Shown: positions 17,853-29,153 of the stretch, in pieces | Numbering within the stretch: position 1 is the first letter of the stretch | Layout: each line of letters begins with the position of its first letter | From: Myxococcota bacterium | Lineage (GTDB): Bacteria; Myxococcota_A; Polyangia; Nannocystales; Nannocystaceae | DNA length: 64,000 nucleotides | Assembly: GCA_039194325.1 (NCBI GenBank) | Contig: JBCCWC010000002.1 | Coordinates: 32,001-96,000 of the forward strand | Direction of reading: 5' to 3' | Notes under the pieces: model-generated | What the model saw: only the letters and a program-made list of their open reading frames with translations | Database searches by the model: none | Told to the model about the DNA's origin: nothing | Made by a program: the position numbers and the translations under genes

Positions 17853-20719
17853 CCGACGAACCCGCCTCGCTCAACCCTCGGGCGATCTCGCCGGAGCTCC
17901 CGGCCCCGGCCCAGCCGGCCCCGGCCTCGCCCGCCGTCGCGGCCGCGCCAGTCGCCGCCGGCCAGCCCGATCTCGTGGGCCAGAACCTCGATGGTCGCTA
18001 TCAGGTGCTGCGGCGCCTCGGCGAAGGGGAGCTCAGCGAGGTCTACGAGGCGAGACATACCAGCAGCGGGCGCCACTTTGCGATCAAGGTGCTCAACGCT
18101 GCGCTGGCCGCCAAGCCCAACACCCTCGACAGCTTCCTGCAGCAGGCGCGCGCGGCCGCTCAGATCCGCCACGACAATGTGGTCGCGATCGAGGAGTTCG
18201 GCTACACGCCGACCCAGTCGGTCTACGCGGCGCTCGAGCTGGTGGTGGGGGACACCCTCCAGACCATCCTCGAGCGCGACGGTCGTTGGTCGTGGGCCCA
18301 GGGGCGCTCCGTGGCGATACAGATCGCGGCTGCGCTTGGTGCCGCTCACCAGGTCGGGGTCATGCACCGGGCCCTCAAGCCCTCCAATTGCTTCGTGATC
18401 CTCGACCCCCGAGGCAAGCGGGATCCCTTCGTCAAGGTGGCCGACTTCGGTATGGCCCAGGTCGGGGTCGAGGCGTCTCAGGCCAACCCCGGGGCCACCG
18501 TCACCTCGATCTTCGGTGACCCGGAGTACATGGCACCCGAGCAGGGGCTGGGCGGGGAGATCAGCCTGCAAAGCGACATCTACTCGCTAGGGGTGTTGCT
18601 CTATCGCTTGTTGGCCGGGACGGTGCCCTTCTCCAACCCCAACGCCTTCCAGGTGATCTCTCAGCACGCCAACAAGCCCGTGCCACCCCCGCGACAGGTC
18701 GCGCCCGAGATCCCCGAGGCGGTCGAGCAGATCGTGATGCGGTGCTTGGGCAAGACCCCCGATCAGCGCTACGGCAGCGCGGCCGAGGTCCTGCAGGCGC
18801 TCGAGGCGGTGCCCCCCGGAGCCCAGCCCGGAGCCCAGCCCGGAGCCCAGCCCGGAGCCCAGCCTGGAGCCCAGCCTGGTCATCCGAACGCGGCGGTCGC
18901 CCCGGTCGGCAGCGGTCCCCGCTTCGCGCGAATGAATGCTGGAGGCACGTCGAGCGCCGGTCCGCAAGCCCCTCCGCCGCGGCAGCCCTCGGTGATCGTG
19001 GCTGGTGCGATCGGAGACGGTGGCGGAGGTCTCAGTGGGACGCTCGGAGATTCGGCTCCGGCATCACCCTCCCCGCTGGACTCGGCGCCGCCCTCGTCGG
19101 AGATGACCTCGTCGTTCCTCGCGTCGCGCCCCGGTCTGCGCATGGGGCTCGGGGCGGCGCTGCCCGGGGTCGGAGACGGGCCGCCCGCGGGAGCAGGAGA
19201 CGATCCTGCCCCGCCACCCACGGTCGCACCGGGCATGGCCGTGCCCACGCCGACCATGTTCCTGTCTCGCAAGGATCTGCCCGCGGGCTTGTCCGAGGCT
19301 GGCCCGGGGATGCCCGCGCAGGTCGGCGAGGTGCCCGGGGTCTCGCAGTCCGATCCCAGCCTCCCGCCGCCGATAGGTGGCGGGTACCAGCCCGCATCGC
19401 CTTCGAACCTGCCGGTGGGCGGTGGATACACGCCACCAGCGGGGCCACCGGCGGGGCCACCAGCGGGACCACCAGCGGGACCACCAGCGGGACCACCAGT
19501 GGGAATGGTTCCGGGGATGCCGGGAGGCGATGGTTACACGCCGCCGTCGGGAATGGGTCCGGGAATGCCCGCTGCGGGCGGGTACACGCCACCGTCGGGT
19601 CCGGGCCCAGGGATGCCCGCTGCGGGCGGATATACGCCGCCATCAGGTCCGGGCCCAGGAATGCCGGGGAGCGATGGGTACACGCCGCCATCAGGCCCCG
19701 GGCCCGGGATGCCGGGGGGCGATGGGTACACGCCGCCGTCGGGCCCCGGTCTAGGGATGCCGCCGAGCAACGGATACACGCCACCGTCGGGTATGGGTCC
19801 GGGTATGCCCTCGGCGGGCGGGTACACGCCGCCGTCAGGTCCGGGCCCCGGGATGCCCGGGGGCGATGGGTACACGCCGCCGTCGGGCCCCGGCCCGGGA
19901 ATGCCCGCGGCGGGCGGGTACACGCCGCCGTCAGGTCCGGGCCCCGGGATGCCGCCCGGAGGTCCCTCCAGTCCCAGCTTGTCCGGCTCGCCCGACGGGC
20001 TGCGGCGCGGCGTGGGTCCGGGCATGCCTCCCCGTGAGGGCATGGGAGAGATGCCGGGCGGTGGAGTGGGCCCGGGGATGCCGATGCGGCGCGGAGTGGG
20101 CCCAGGGATGCCCTCACGCATGGACTCGGGCTCCAATCCGGTGGTCCCCAGCTCCATGTCTCGCCCCGATGCCTCGCGGAGCATCGAAGGATCCTCGGGG
20201 CTCGGGGCCGTCGAGTACGACGACGACGACGAGCCCAAGCGTCGCCCGCTGCTCATCGCCGGGATCGGGCTGGCGGTGATCGCCGGCGGGGCTGGCCTGG
20301 GCTGGCTGATCGTCGGGGGCGACGACGGACCGGAGGGCGACCTGGCCAAGGTCCAGCGTACCGAGAAGAACCAAGAGGTCGACGACACGCCCGAGGCCGA
20401 GCCCGAACAGCCCGAGCCCGAGCAGCCCGAGCCCGAGCAGATCGAGGTCAAGCCCAAGCCCAAGCCCAAGCCCAAGGCCGAGCTCACCTTCGAGCAGTCG
20501 CTTGGCCAGCTCAAGGGGCGGATCCGCGGCAAGTGCAAGAAGCTCGGCCCGGGCCCCGTCACCGTGGATACCTTCGTGGCCAAGGACGGAGGCAAGGCGC
20601 TCAACCCCAAGGTCAAACCCAAGGGCCCGGTCGGGGACTGTGCCCTGCGGCTCGTAGAGCGATGGTCCTTCCCGGCCAGCGAGCAAGACCATCCGATCAA
20701 CACCAAGGTCAGCTGGTAG
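17849..20719 (+). CDS. Membrane Ser/Thr pseudokinase with a long Pro/Gly-rich repeat linker
   Basis: Kinase fold (FAIK, DFG, YMAPE) but HRA instead of HRD and a degenerate Gly loop; TM segment; small C-terminal domain with two Cys. Confidence 0.88.
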   Translation: MTDEPASLNPRAISPELPAPAQPAPASPAVAAAPVAAGQPDLVGQNLDGRYQVLRRLGEGELSEVYEARHTSSGRHFAIKVLNAALAAKPNTLDSFLQQARAAAQIRHDNVVAIEEFGYTPTQSVYAALELVVGDTLQTILERDGRWSWAQGRSVAIQIAAALGAAHQVGVMHRALKPSNCFVILDPRGKRDPFVKVADFGMAQVGVEASQANPGATVTSIFGDPEYMAPEQGLGGEISLQSDIYSLGVLLYRLLAGTVPFSNPNAFQVISQHANKPVPPPRQVAPEIPEAVEQIVMRCLGKTPDQRYGSAAEVLQALEAVPPGAQPGAQPGAQPGAQPGAQPGHPNAAVAPVGSGPRFARMNAGGTSSAGPQAPPPRQPSVIVAGAIGDGGGGLSGTLGDSAPASPSPLDSAPPSSEMTSSFLASRPGLRMGLGAALPGVGDGPPAGAGDDPAPPPTVAPGMAVPTPTMFLSRKDLPAGLSEAGPGMPAQVGEVPGVSQSDPSLPPPIGGGYQPASPSNLPVGGGYTPPAGPPAGPPAGPPAGPPAGPPVGMVPGMPGGDGYTPPSGMGPGMPAAGGYTPPSGPGPGMPAAGGYTPPSGPGPGMPGSDGYTPPSGPGPGMPGGDGYTPPSGPGLGMPPSNGYTPPSGMGPGMPSAGGYTPPSGPGPGMPGGDGYTPPSGPGPGMPAAGGYTPPSGPGPGMPPGGPSSPSLSGSPDGLRRGVGPGMPPREGMGEMPGGGVGPGMPMRRGVGPGMPSRMDSGSNPVVPSSMSRPDASRSIEGSSGLGAVEYDDDDEPKRRPLLIAGIGLAVIAGGAGLGWLIVGGDDGPEGDLAKVQRTEKNQEVDDTPEAEPEQPEPEQPEPEQIEVKPKPKPKPKAELTFEQSLGQLKGRIRGKCKKLGPGPVTVDTFVAKDGGKALNPKVKPKGPVGDCALRLVERWSFPASEQDHPINTKVSW
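19516..19954 (+). repeat. 48-bp/16-aa coding repeat x9 (GYTPPSGxGxGMPxxx)
   Basis: Nine YTPPS units counted in the translation. Confidence 0.92.
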
Positions 20720-20767
20720 CGGCGGTCGTCGCGGGCCGCAGAGGCGGGCCCGCCATCGGCCTCGCTC

Positions 20768-21796
20768 CTAGGGAAGGGCGGCGCCCGAGGCCTTGGTCCA
20801 CAGGACCGCGCCCCAGTCTTCCAGCATGTCCGTGCCTTCGCACATCGGCAGTGGTGCGCCGTTGCACAGGACGTTCTCGTAGCCGACCTCGGGCCGTCGG
20901 GTCTCCATCAAGCACAGCGCGCCGCTGGCCGTCCACATCGCCTCGGTGTTTCCGGGGGGGCCATAGACGGGGTCGTTCTCGGGGAAGGTCTTGATGCCGA
21001 GCGCGTCCTGGTAGAGGAGCCGCGTGCCCGTCTGGGTGTAGGACACGCCGTGGCCGCAGTAGTCGGCGCGCACCATCCGGGTCGCCGCTTGGTGGACCTC
21101 CAGGCCGACGTCGTGCTGCGGGTAGCCCCACATGCCTGCCTTGCCGACCGAGCCCGAGATGCAGCCGATGTACAGCGTGTCGGCGACCTCGAAGTGGGTG
21201 CCGTCGTCGTCCACGTCGAGGTCGGTGTAGACGATGGCCGAGAACTCCTTGGTCTCCAGGTCTAGGTCGCACTTGAACGCCTCGACGTCCTCCGGGGTGG
21301 GCCCGTTGGTGAAGACGTAGCGATTTTGGGGGCTATCGGGGCCCTGGGGGATGAATTCCTCGATGACCATCACCCAGGGGACCCACGAGGCTCCTCCGCC
21401 CAGCGGCGGCTCGAAGGAGTTGGGGTCGATCTCTAGCCTCCAGATCGAGCCGATGAAATCTTGGTCCGAGTATTGGGCACCGAGCTCGTCTTGTCCGTAG
21501 AGGACACCGTCCTCCGCGTCGATCTCGGAGAGGGTGAGCATCTGCCCGCCGTCGCTTCGCACGTCGACTCCCAGAAGGCGCCAGCCGTCGTACTCCAACC
21601 CCAAGAGGTTCAGAGCGCTGGATTTCAGGCCGTTGTCGCCGTTGGTGTTGGCCCAGTCGGAATCGTCGCCGCCACCGGCTCCGCCGCTGGAGGTGCGATA
21701 CTCGAGTTCTTGTTGCGCTTGGTCTGGATCGAGGCCGGTGCAGGCGGGGACGAGGGTGGTGGTGAGCAGGAGGATCACGGGGCGAACGTGAAACAT
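20768..21796 (-). CDS. ADYC-domain lipoprotein
   Basis: Lipobox LVPAC; GC.SG.VGK...WGY and RMVRADYCG.G.SYT..GT motifs; EA.W...GALC. Confidence 0.85.
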   Translation of the reverse strand: MFHVRPVILLLTTTLVPACTGLDPDQAQQELEYRTSSGGAGGGDDSDWANTNGDNGLKSSALNLLGLEYDGWRLLGVDVRSDGGQMLTLSEIDAEDGVLYGQDELGAQYSDQDFIGSIWRLEIDPNSFEPPLGGGASWVPWVMVIEEFIPQGPDSPQNRYVFTNGPTPEDVEAFKCDLDLETKEFSAIVYTDLDVDDDGTHFEVADTLYIGCISGSVGKAGMWGYPQHDVGLEVHQAATRMVRADYCGHGVSYTQTGTRLLYQDALGIKTFPENDPVYGPPGNTEAMWTASGALCLMETRRPEVGYENVLCNGAPLPMCEGTDMLEDWGAVLWTKASGAALP

Positions 21797-22028
21797 TGAT
21801 TCGAGCCTTTTATGTTTGAAGGTTTGACACGAGCACACGGTTCCCAGAGCGGGACGGAGTCGGATCGGACGACGACTGGGGCGAGCCGTCGTTCGCGCTA
21901 CCGGGCCGGGCACTCGCGATAGACCTCGCGCCGGGGCTTTCGATCACTGCCGAGCGCGAGAAAATGAAATCGAGCCCAAGAGGGCACCCAGGGCCGCCTG
22001 GGTGGTGAGGCCGTGCTACTGGTGAAGC

Positions 22029-25190
<3,162 letters not shown>

Positions 25191-25200
25191 GGCGCGGTGC

Positions 25201-25235
25201 GCAGGATCTGCGTTCGTGCAGAACGCAAATCCTGC
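25201..25235. promoter_or_regulatory. 15-bp inverted repeat (terminator or operator) upstream of the CBS-ATPase-USP operon
   Basis: GCAGGATCTGCGTTC-gtgca-GAACGCAAATCCTGC, one mismatch. Confidence 0.5.
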
Positions 25236-25304
25236 ACCGTACGCCCGCCCGTAAGGACCGCATGCTGTGGCTGTGACCCGGTGCGGTCCCCCGGAGTCTT
25301 CGTC

Positions 25305-25709
25305 ATGACCCTTCATACGCGCAACATCTCCGAGATCATGAGTCCGCTGACCCACTCCATTGGTGACGAACAGCCGATGGCGGAGGCGACGCATCGCATG
25401 CACCAGTTCTCGATCCGTCACCTGCCGGTGCTCCGCGGGGGGCGTTTGGTCGGGATCGTCAGCGAGCGCGATCTGGCCCTGGTGGAGAGTCTCCCCGGTG
25501 TCGATCCCAACACCGTGACCGTGGGCGAGGCGATGACCGCCGAGCCCTTCGCTGTCCCCCCCGACGCGTCGCTCCAGGCCGTGCTGCGGGAGATGGCCGA
25601 GCACAAGTGGGGCACCGTAGTGGTGATCGACGGCGTGACGCCGATCGGCATCGTCACCACCACCGATGCCCTGCGGCTGTGTGTGGAGCTGCTCGGGCGC
25701 GAGGGCTAG
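25305..25709 (+). CDS. CBS-domain pair protein
   Basis: IRHLPVL..GRLVGIVSERDL and VGEAMT...GIVTTTDAL. Confidence 0.92.
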   Translation: MTLHTRNISEIMSPLTHSIGDEQPMAEATHRMHQFSIRHLPVLRGGRLVGIVSERDLALVESLPGVDPNTVTVGEAMTAEPFAVPPDASLQAVLREMAEHKWGTVVVIDGVTPIGIVTTTDALRLCVELLGREG

Positions 25710-25715
25710 CGCCCC

Positions 25716-28181
25716 GTGGGCACCTCCGACCCGTCCCCGGCGGCGGGGCTGAGCGCGGCCGAAGCTGCCGCTCGCTTGGAGCGCGACGGTCCCAACGCCC
25801 TGCCTCAGCAACCCCCGCGCACCTGGGTTCGCACGCTGCTCGGGCAGTTGGTCAACCCGCTGGTCGCCGTCCTCGGCCTCAGCTGCGTCATTTCGGCCGT
25901 GCTCGGCCACGTCATCGACGCGGTCGCGATCGGGGTGATCGTCTCGATCAACGCGGTCGTGGGCACCGTGCAGGAGCATCGGGCCGAGCGGGCGGTGATC
26001 GCCCTACGCTCGCTCACCGCGCGCCGGGCCCGGGTCCTTCGCGGAGGTCATCGCGTGGTGATCCCCGCCGCCGAGGTGGTGGTGGGGGATCGGCTCGACC
26101 TCGAGGCCGGCGACGTGGTTGCCGCCGACGCTCGCTTGGTACAGAGCCACGCGCTGAGCACGGTCGAGGCCAACCTCACCGGCGAGAGCGTGCCGGTCGA
26201 CAAGGATCCTGCGCCGGTGCCCGAGGGAACGGCGCTGGCCGAGCGTAGCGACCACGTGTTCATGGGGACGTCCGTGGCCGCCGGGACCGGCTACGCCGAG
26301 GTTGTAGCCACCGGCGCTCGCACCCAGATGGGCCGGATCGCGGGGTTGCTCGCTCAGTCCGAGTCCTCCCCTTCCCCGCTCCAGCAGCGGCTGGCCCAGC
26401 TCGGGCGCCTGCTCGTCTATGCCTGCGTGGCGTTGGTGGGGTTGGTCGCGGGGGTGAGCCTGCTGCGCGGCCTCGGCGGCCTCGAGGTGATGATGAGCGC
26501 GGTCAGCCTGGCCGTGGCCGCCGTGCCCGAGGGCTTGCCCGCCGTGGTCACCGTCGCGCTGGCGGGGGGCGTGGGTCGGATGTCGGCTCGGGGGGTGCTC
26601 GTGCGTCGGCTCGCGTCGGTGGAGACCCTCGGGTGCGCCACGGTGATCTGCACCGACAAGACCGGCACGCTCACCACTGGGGTCATGGAGCTGCGCGAGG
26701 TCTTCGGTCCGGACCGTGCGGCCGCCCTGAGCGCCGCGGTCGCGTGCTGCGACGCCGAGTGGGATCACGTTGCCGGTCGTGGCGAGGGGGATCCGACCGA
26801 GCTGGCGATCTTGCGCGCGGCCGCAACCGAGGGGATCCACCGTAGCGACATCGAGGCGCGGTCTCCTCGGGTGCAGGTCCATCCCTTCGAGACGGCCCGA
26901 CGCCGCATGTCGATCTTGCGGGCCGACGGGGTGCTCTACCTCAAGGGCGCGCCCGAGGTCGTGGTGCCCCTGTGTCGGGACGTTGAGCCCGAGCTCTCAC
27001 GGGCGCAGCTGGCCATGGCGCGTCGGGGGCTGCGGGTGCTCGCCGTGGCCCGTGGTCTAGGCGCAGCCGAGCAGGATCTCGAGCTTCTCGGGCTGCTGGG
27101 GCTCGCCGATGCTCCCCGCCCGGAAGCGGCCGCCGCCGTTCGGGCCGCCCGTGCTGCGGGTGTTCGGGTCGTGATGATCACGGGCGACCACGCCGTCACC
27201 GCCGAGGCGATCGCTCGCGAGATGGGCCTGGTGGGCGAGGGGGACGATCCGGCTGAGCTTATCCACGCTCGCGCGACCGCCGAGGACAAGACCCGCATCG
27301 TCGAGCGCCTTCGCCAGCAGGGCGAGGTGGTCGCGATGACCGGGGATGGGGTCAACGACGCGCCCTCGATCCGCGAAGCCGACATCGGGGTCGCCATGGG
27401 GCGCACCGCGACCGAGCTGACTCGCGAGGTCTCCGAGATGGTCCTGACCCGCGACGATCTGGGCGGCATGGTCGACGCCATCGCCGAGGGGCGGCGGATC
27501 TACGACAACATCCGCCGCGCTGTCGTCTACCTGCTGGGCGGCAACGCGGCCGAGATCCTGGTGATGCTGGGCGCAGTCGCGCTCGGCTGGCCGCTGCCCC
27601 TGTTGCCGCTGCATCTTCTGTGGATCAACCTGGTGACCGAGCCGCTGCCCGGGCTGGCCCTGGCCACCGATCCGGTCACCGGCGACGTGCTGCGTCGACC
27701 CCCTCGTCCCCCCGGCGAGCCCCTGCTGGGTTGGTCGCAGGGGCGCCGGATCTTCTTGGCCGCCGTGCTCCAGTCGATCCTCACGCTCGCCGTGTTCGGC
27801 TGGGCGCTCTACGCTCATGGCCTGCTGGTGGCCCGCACGTTGGCCTTCACCACCTTGGTGTTTGCGATCTTGCTGCGGGCGCCCGCGGTGCGGCGGGCGG
27901 GACGACGCGGGGCGCGGCCCTATCCGCGGCTGTGGCTATTGGTGCTCGCCTCCGTGGCCCTGCAGGGGGTGTTGGTGGGCTGGCCGCTGCTGCGAGGCGT
28001 GTTCGGGCTGGTCGTCCTCGATGCGGCCCAGTGGCTCCTCGCGCTGGTGCTGGGGTTGTTGCCGGCCCTGGTCGAGGCCCTCGTGGCCCGCGGGGAGGGG
28101 CGGCCGCCGGCGAAAGATCTGCACGAGGCTCGCGTCGCCCCGGCAATGCCTGCCCGCGCGACCGGGCCCGCCAGTGATTAG
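25716..28181 (+). CDS. Cation-translocating P-type ATPase (P2A-like)
   Basis: TGES, PEGLP, DKTGTLT, KGAPE, MITGD, GDGVNDAP. Confidence 0.95.
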   Translation: MGTSDPSPAAGLSAAEAAARLERDGPNALPQQPPRTWVRTLLGQLVNPLVAVLGLSCVISAVLGHVIDAVAIGVIVSINAVVGTVQEHRAERAVIALRSLTARRARVLRGGHRVVIPAAEVVVGDRLDLEAGDVVAADARLVQSHALSTVEANLTGESVPVDKDPAPVPEGTALAERSDHVFMGTSVAAGTGYAEVVATGARTQMGRIAGLLAQSESSPSPLQQRLAQLGRLLVYACVALVGLVAGVSLLRGLGGLEVMMSAVSLAVAAVPEGLPAVVTVALAGGVGRMSARGVLVRRLASVETLGCATVICTDKTGTLTTGVMELREVFGPDRAAALSAAVACCDAEWDHVAGRGEGDPTELAILRAAATEGIHRSDIEARSPRVQVHPFETARRRMSILRADGVLYLKGAPEVVVPLCRDVEPELSRAQLAMARRGLRVLAVARGLGAAEQDLELLGLLGLADAPRPEAAAAVRAARAAGVRVVMITGDHAVTAEAIAREMGLVGEGDDPAELIHARATAEDKTRIVERLRQQGEVVAMTGDGVNDAPSIREADIGVAMGRTATELTREVSEMVLTRDDLGGMVDAIAEGRRIYDNIRRAVVYLLGGNAAEILVMLGAVALGWPLPLLPLHLLWINLVTEPLPGLALATDPVTGDVLRRPPRPPGEPLLGWSQGRRIFLAAVLQSILTLAVFGWALYAHGLLVARTLAFTTLVFAILLRAPAVRRAGRRGARPYPRLWLLVLASVALQGVLVGWPLLRGVFGLVVLDAAQWLLALVLGLLPALVEALVARGEGRPPAKDLHEARVAPAMPARATGPASD

Positions 28182-28223
28182 AACGGAGTCGGGGCCGAAG
28201 GCGCGGACCCAGAGAGGACGACG

Positions 28224-29123
28224 ATGATGGAGTGGTTGGTCGGCATGGACCTGAGTGATCGGGGGCAGGGGGCCCTGGACTATGCGCGATGGTTGAGCGA
28301 GGCGCTGGAGGTGGGGAGCGGTGATGATCGCTTCGTCGGGATCCACGTGCTCGAGCAAGCCGAGCTGCGCCAGTTGCTGCGCTACCATCACCTCGAGGAG
28401 ATCGAGTCTCGGGCCCGAGCGCTCGCCGACAAGCTCGTGAACCAGGCGGGTATGGGGGAGCGCTTGGCCGATCGCCGGGTGATCTGTGGCCGCTCGGCCG
28501 AGGTGGCGCTAGACGAGGTGGCGCGTCGGCCCGGCACGCGGGCGCTGGTGATCGGTCGCCAAGCCCGGCGGGGAGAGACGCGGCTCGTGCGGCTGGGGCG
28601 GGTGGCTCGCCGTCTGTTGCGGAGCCTACCGGCCCCCGTCGTCGTGGTGCCGCCCGATCTTCAGGGGGGCGAAATTGGCTCTGGCCCCGTCATGCTCGCG
28701 GCCAGCACCAACGCCGACGCGACCGGGGCGGCGGCCTTTGCTCGGAAGTTTGCCGCCGATCTTGGTCGGCCGCTCTCGGTGGTGCACGTGGTACCTGGCT
28801 ACGACTATCTGGCGGCGGAGATGATCCCCTCGGCGATGACCGGCGATTTCTATCGCGACCTGAAGGAGGACCACGAGCGCCGGCTGTTGGCATGGATGCA
28901 CGCCCACGACCTGACCGGAGTGCCCCACCAGATGGTGACCGGATCGGTGGTCGACGGTTTGGCGCAGCTGGCTCGCGCAGCTCAGGCTCCGCTGGTCGTC
29001 TGCGGATCTCGGGGGCTGGGCGCCGGCATGCGGCTGTTTAGCTCGAGCGTGGCCAGCGACTTGGCCGCGGCGTGCCAGGTCCCGGTGGCGGTGGTGCCCA
29101 ACGCTCCGCACGCCGCGTCGTGA
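28224..29123 (+). CDS. Tandem-domain universal stress protein
   Basis: LVGMDLS...LGRVARRLLR..PAPVVVVP, and a second domain GSRG...SSVASDL...PVAVVP. Confidence 0.9.
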   Translation: MMEWLVGMDLSDRGQGALDYARWLSEALEVGSGDDRFVGIHVLEQAELRQLLRYHHLEEIESRARALADKLVNQAGMGERLADRRVICGRSAEVALDEVARRPGTRALVIGRQARRGETRLVRLGRVARRLLRSLPAPVVVVPPDLQGGEIGSGPVMLAASTNADATGAAAFARKFAADLGRPLSVVHVVPGYDYLAAEMIPSAMTGDFYRDLKEDHERRLLAWMHAHDLTGVPHQMVTGSVVDGLAQLARAAQAPLVVCGSRGLGAGMRLFSSSVASDLAAACQVPVAVVPNAPHAAS

Positions 29124-29153
29124 GCTCGTGCTGGCTCGCAGCCGGTCGTCCGC

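Noticed and set aside
16727..18571. Long antisense or alternative-frame ORFs (e.g. 16727-18571, 3084-4829, 21810-23666, 37680-39776, 54052-55749)
   Set aside because: They are shadow ORFs expected at high GC, overlap genes with clear motifs, and have no recognisable domains.
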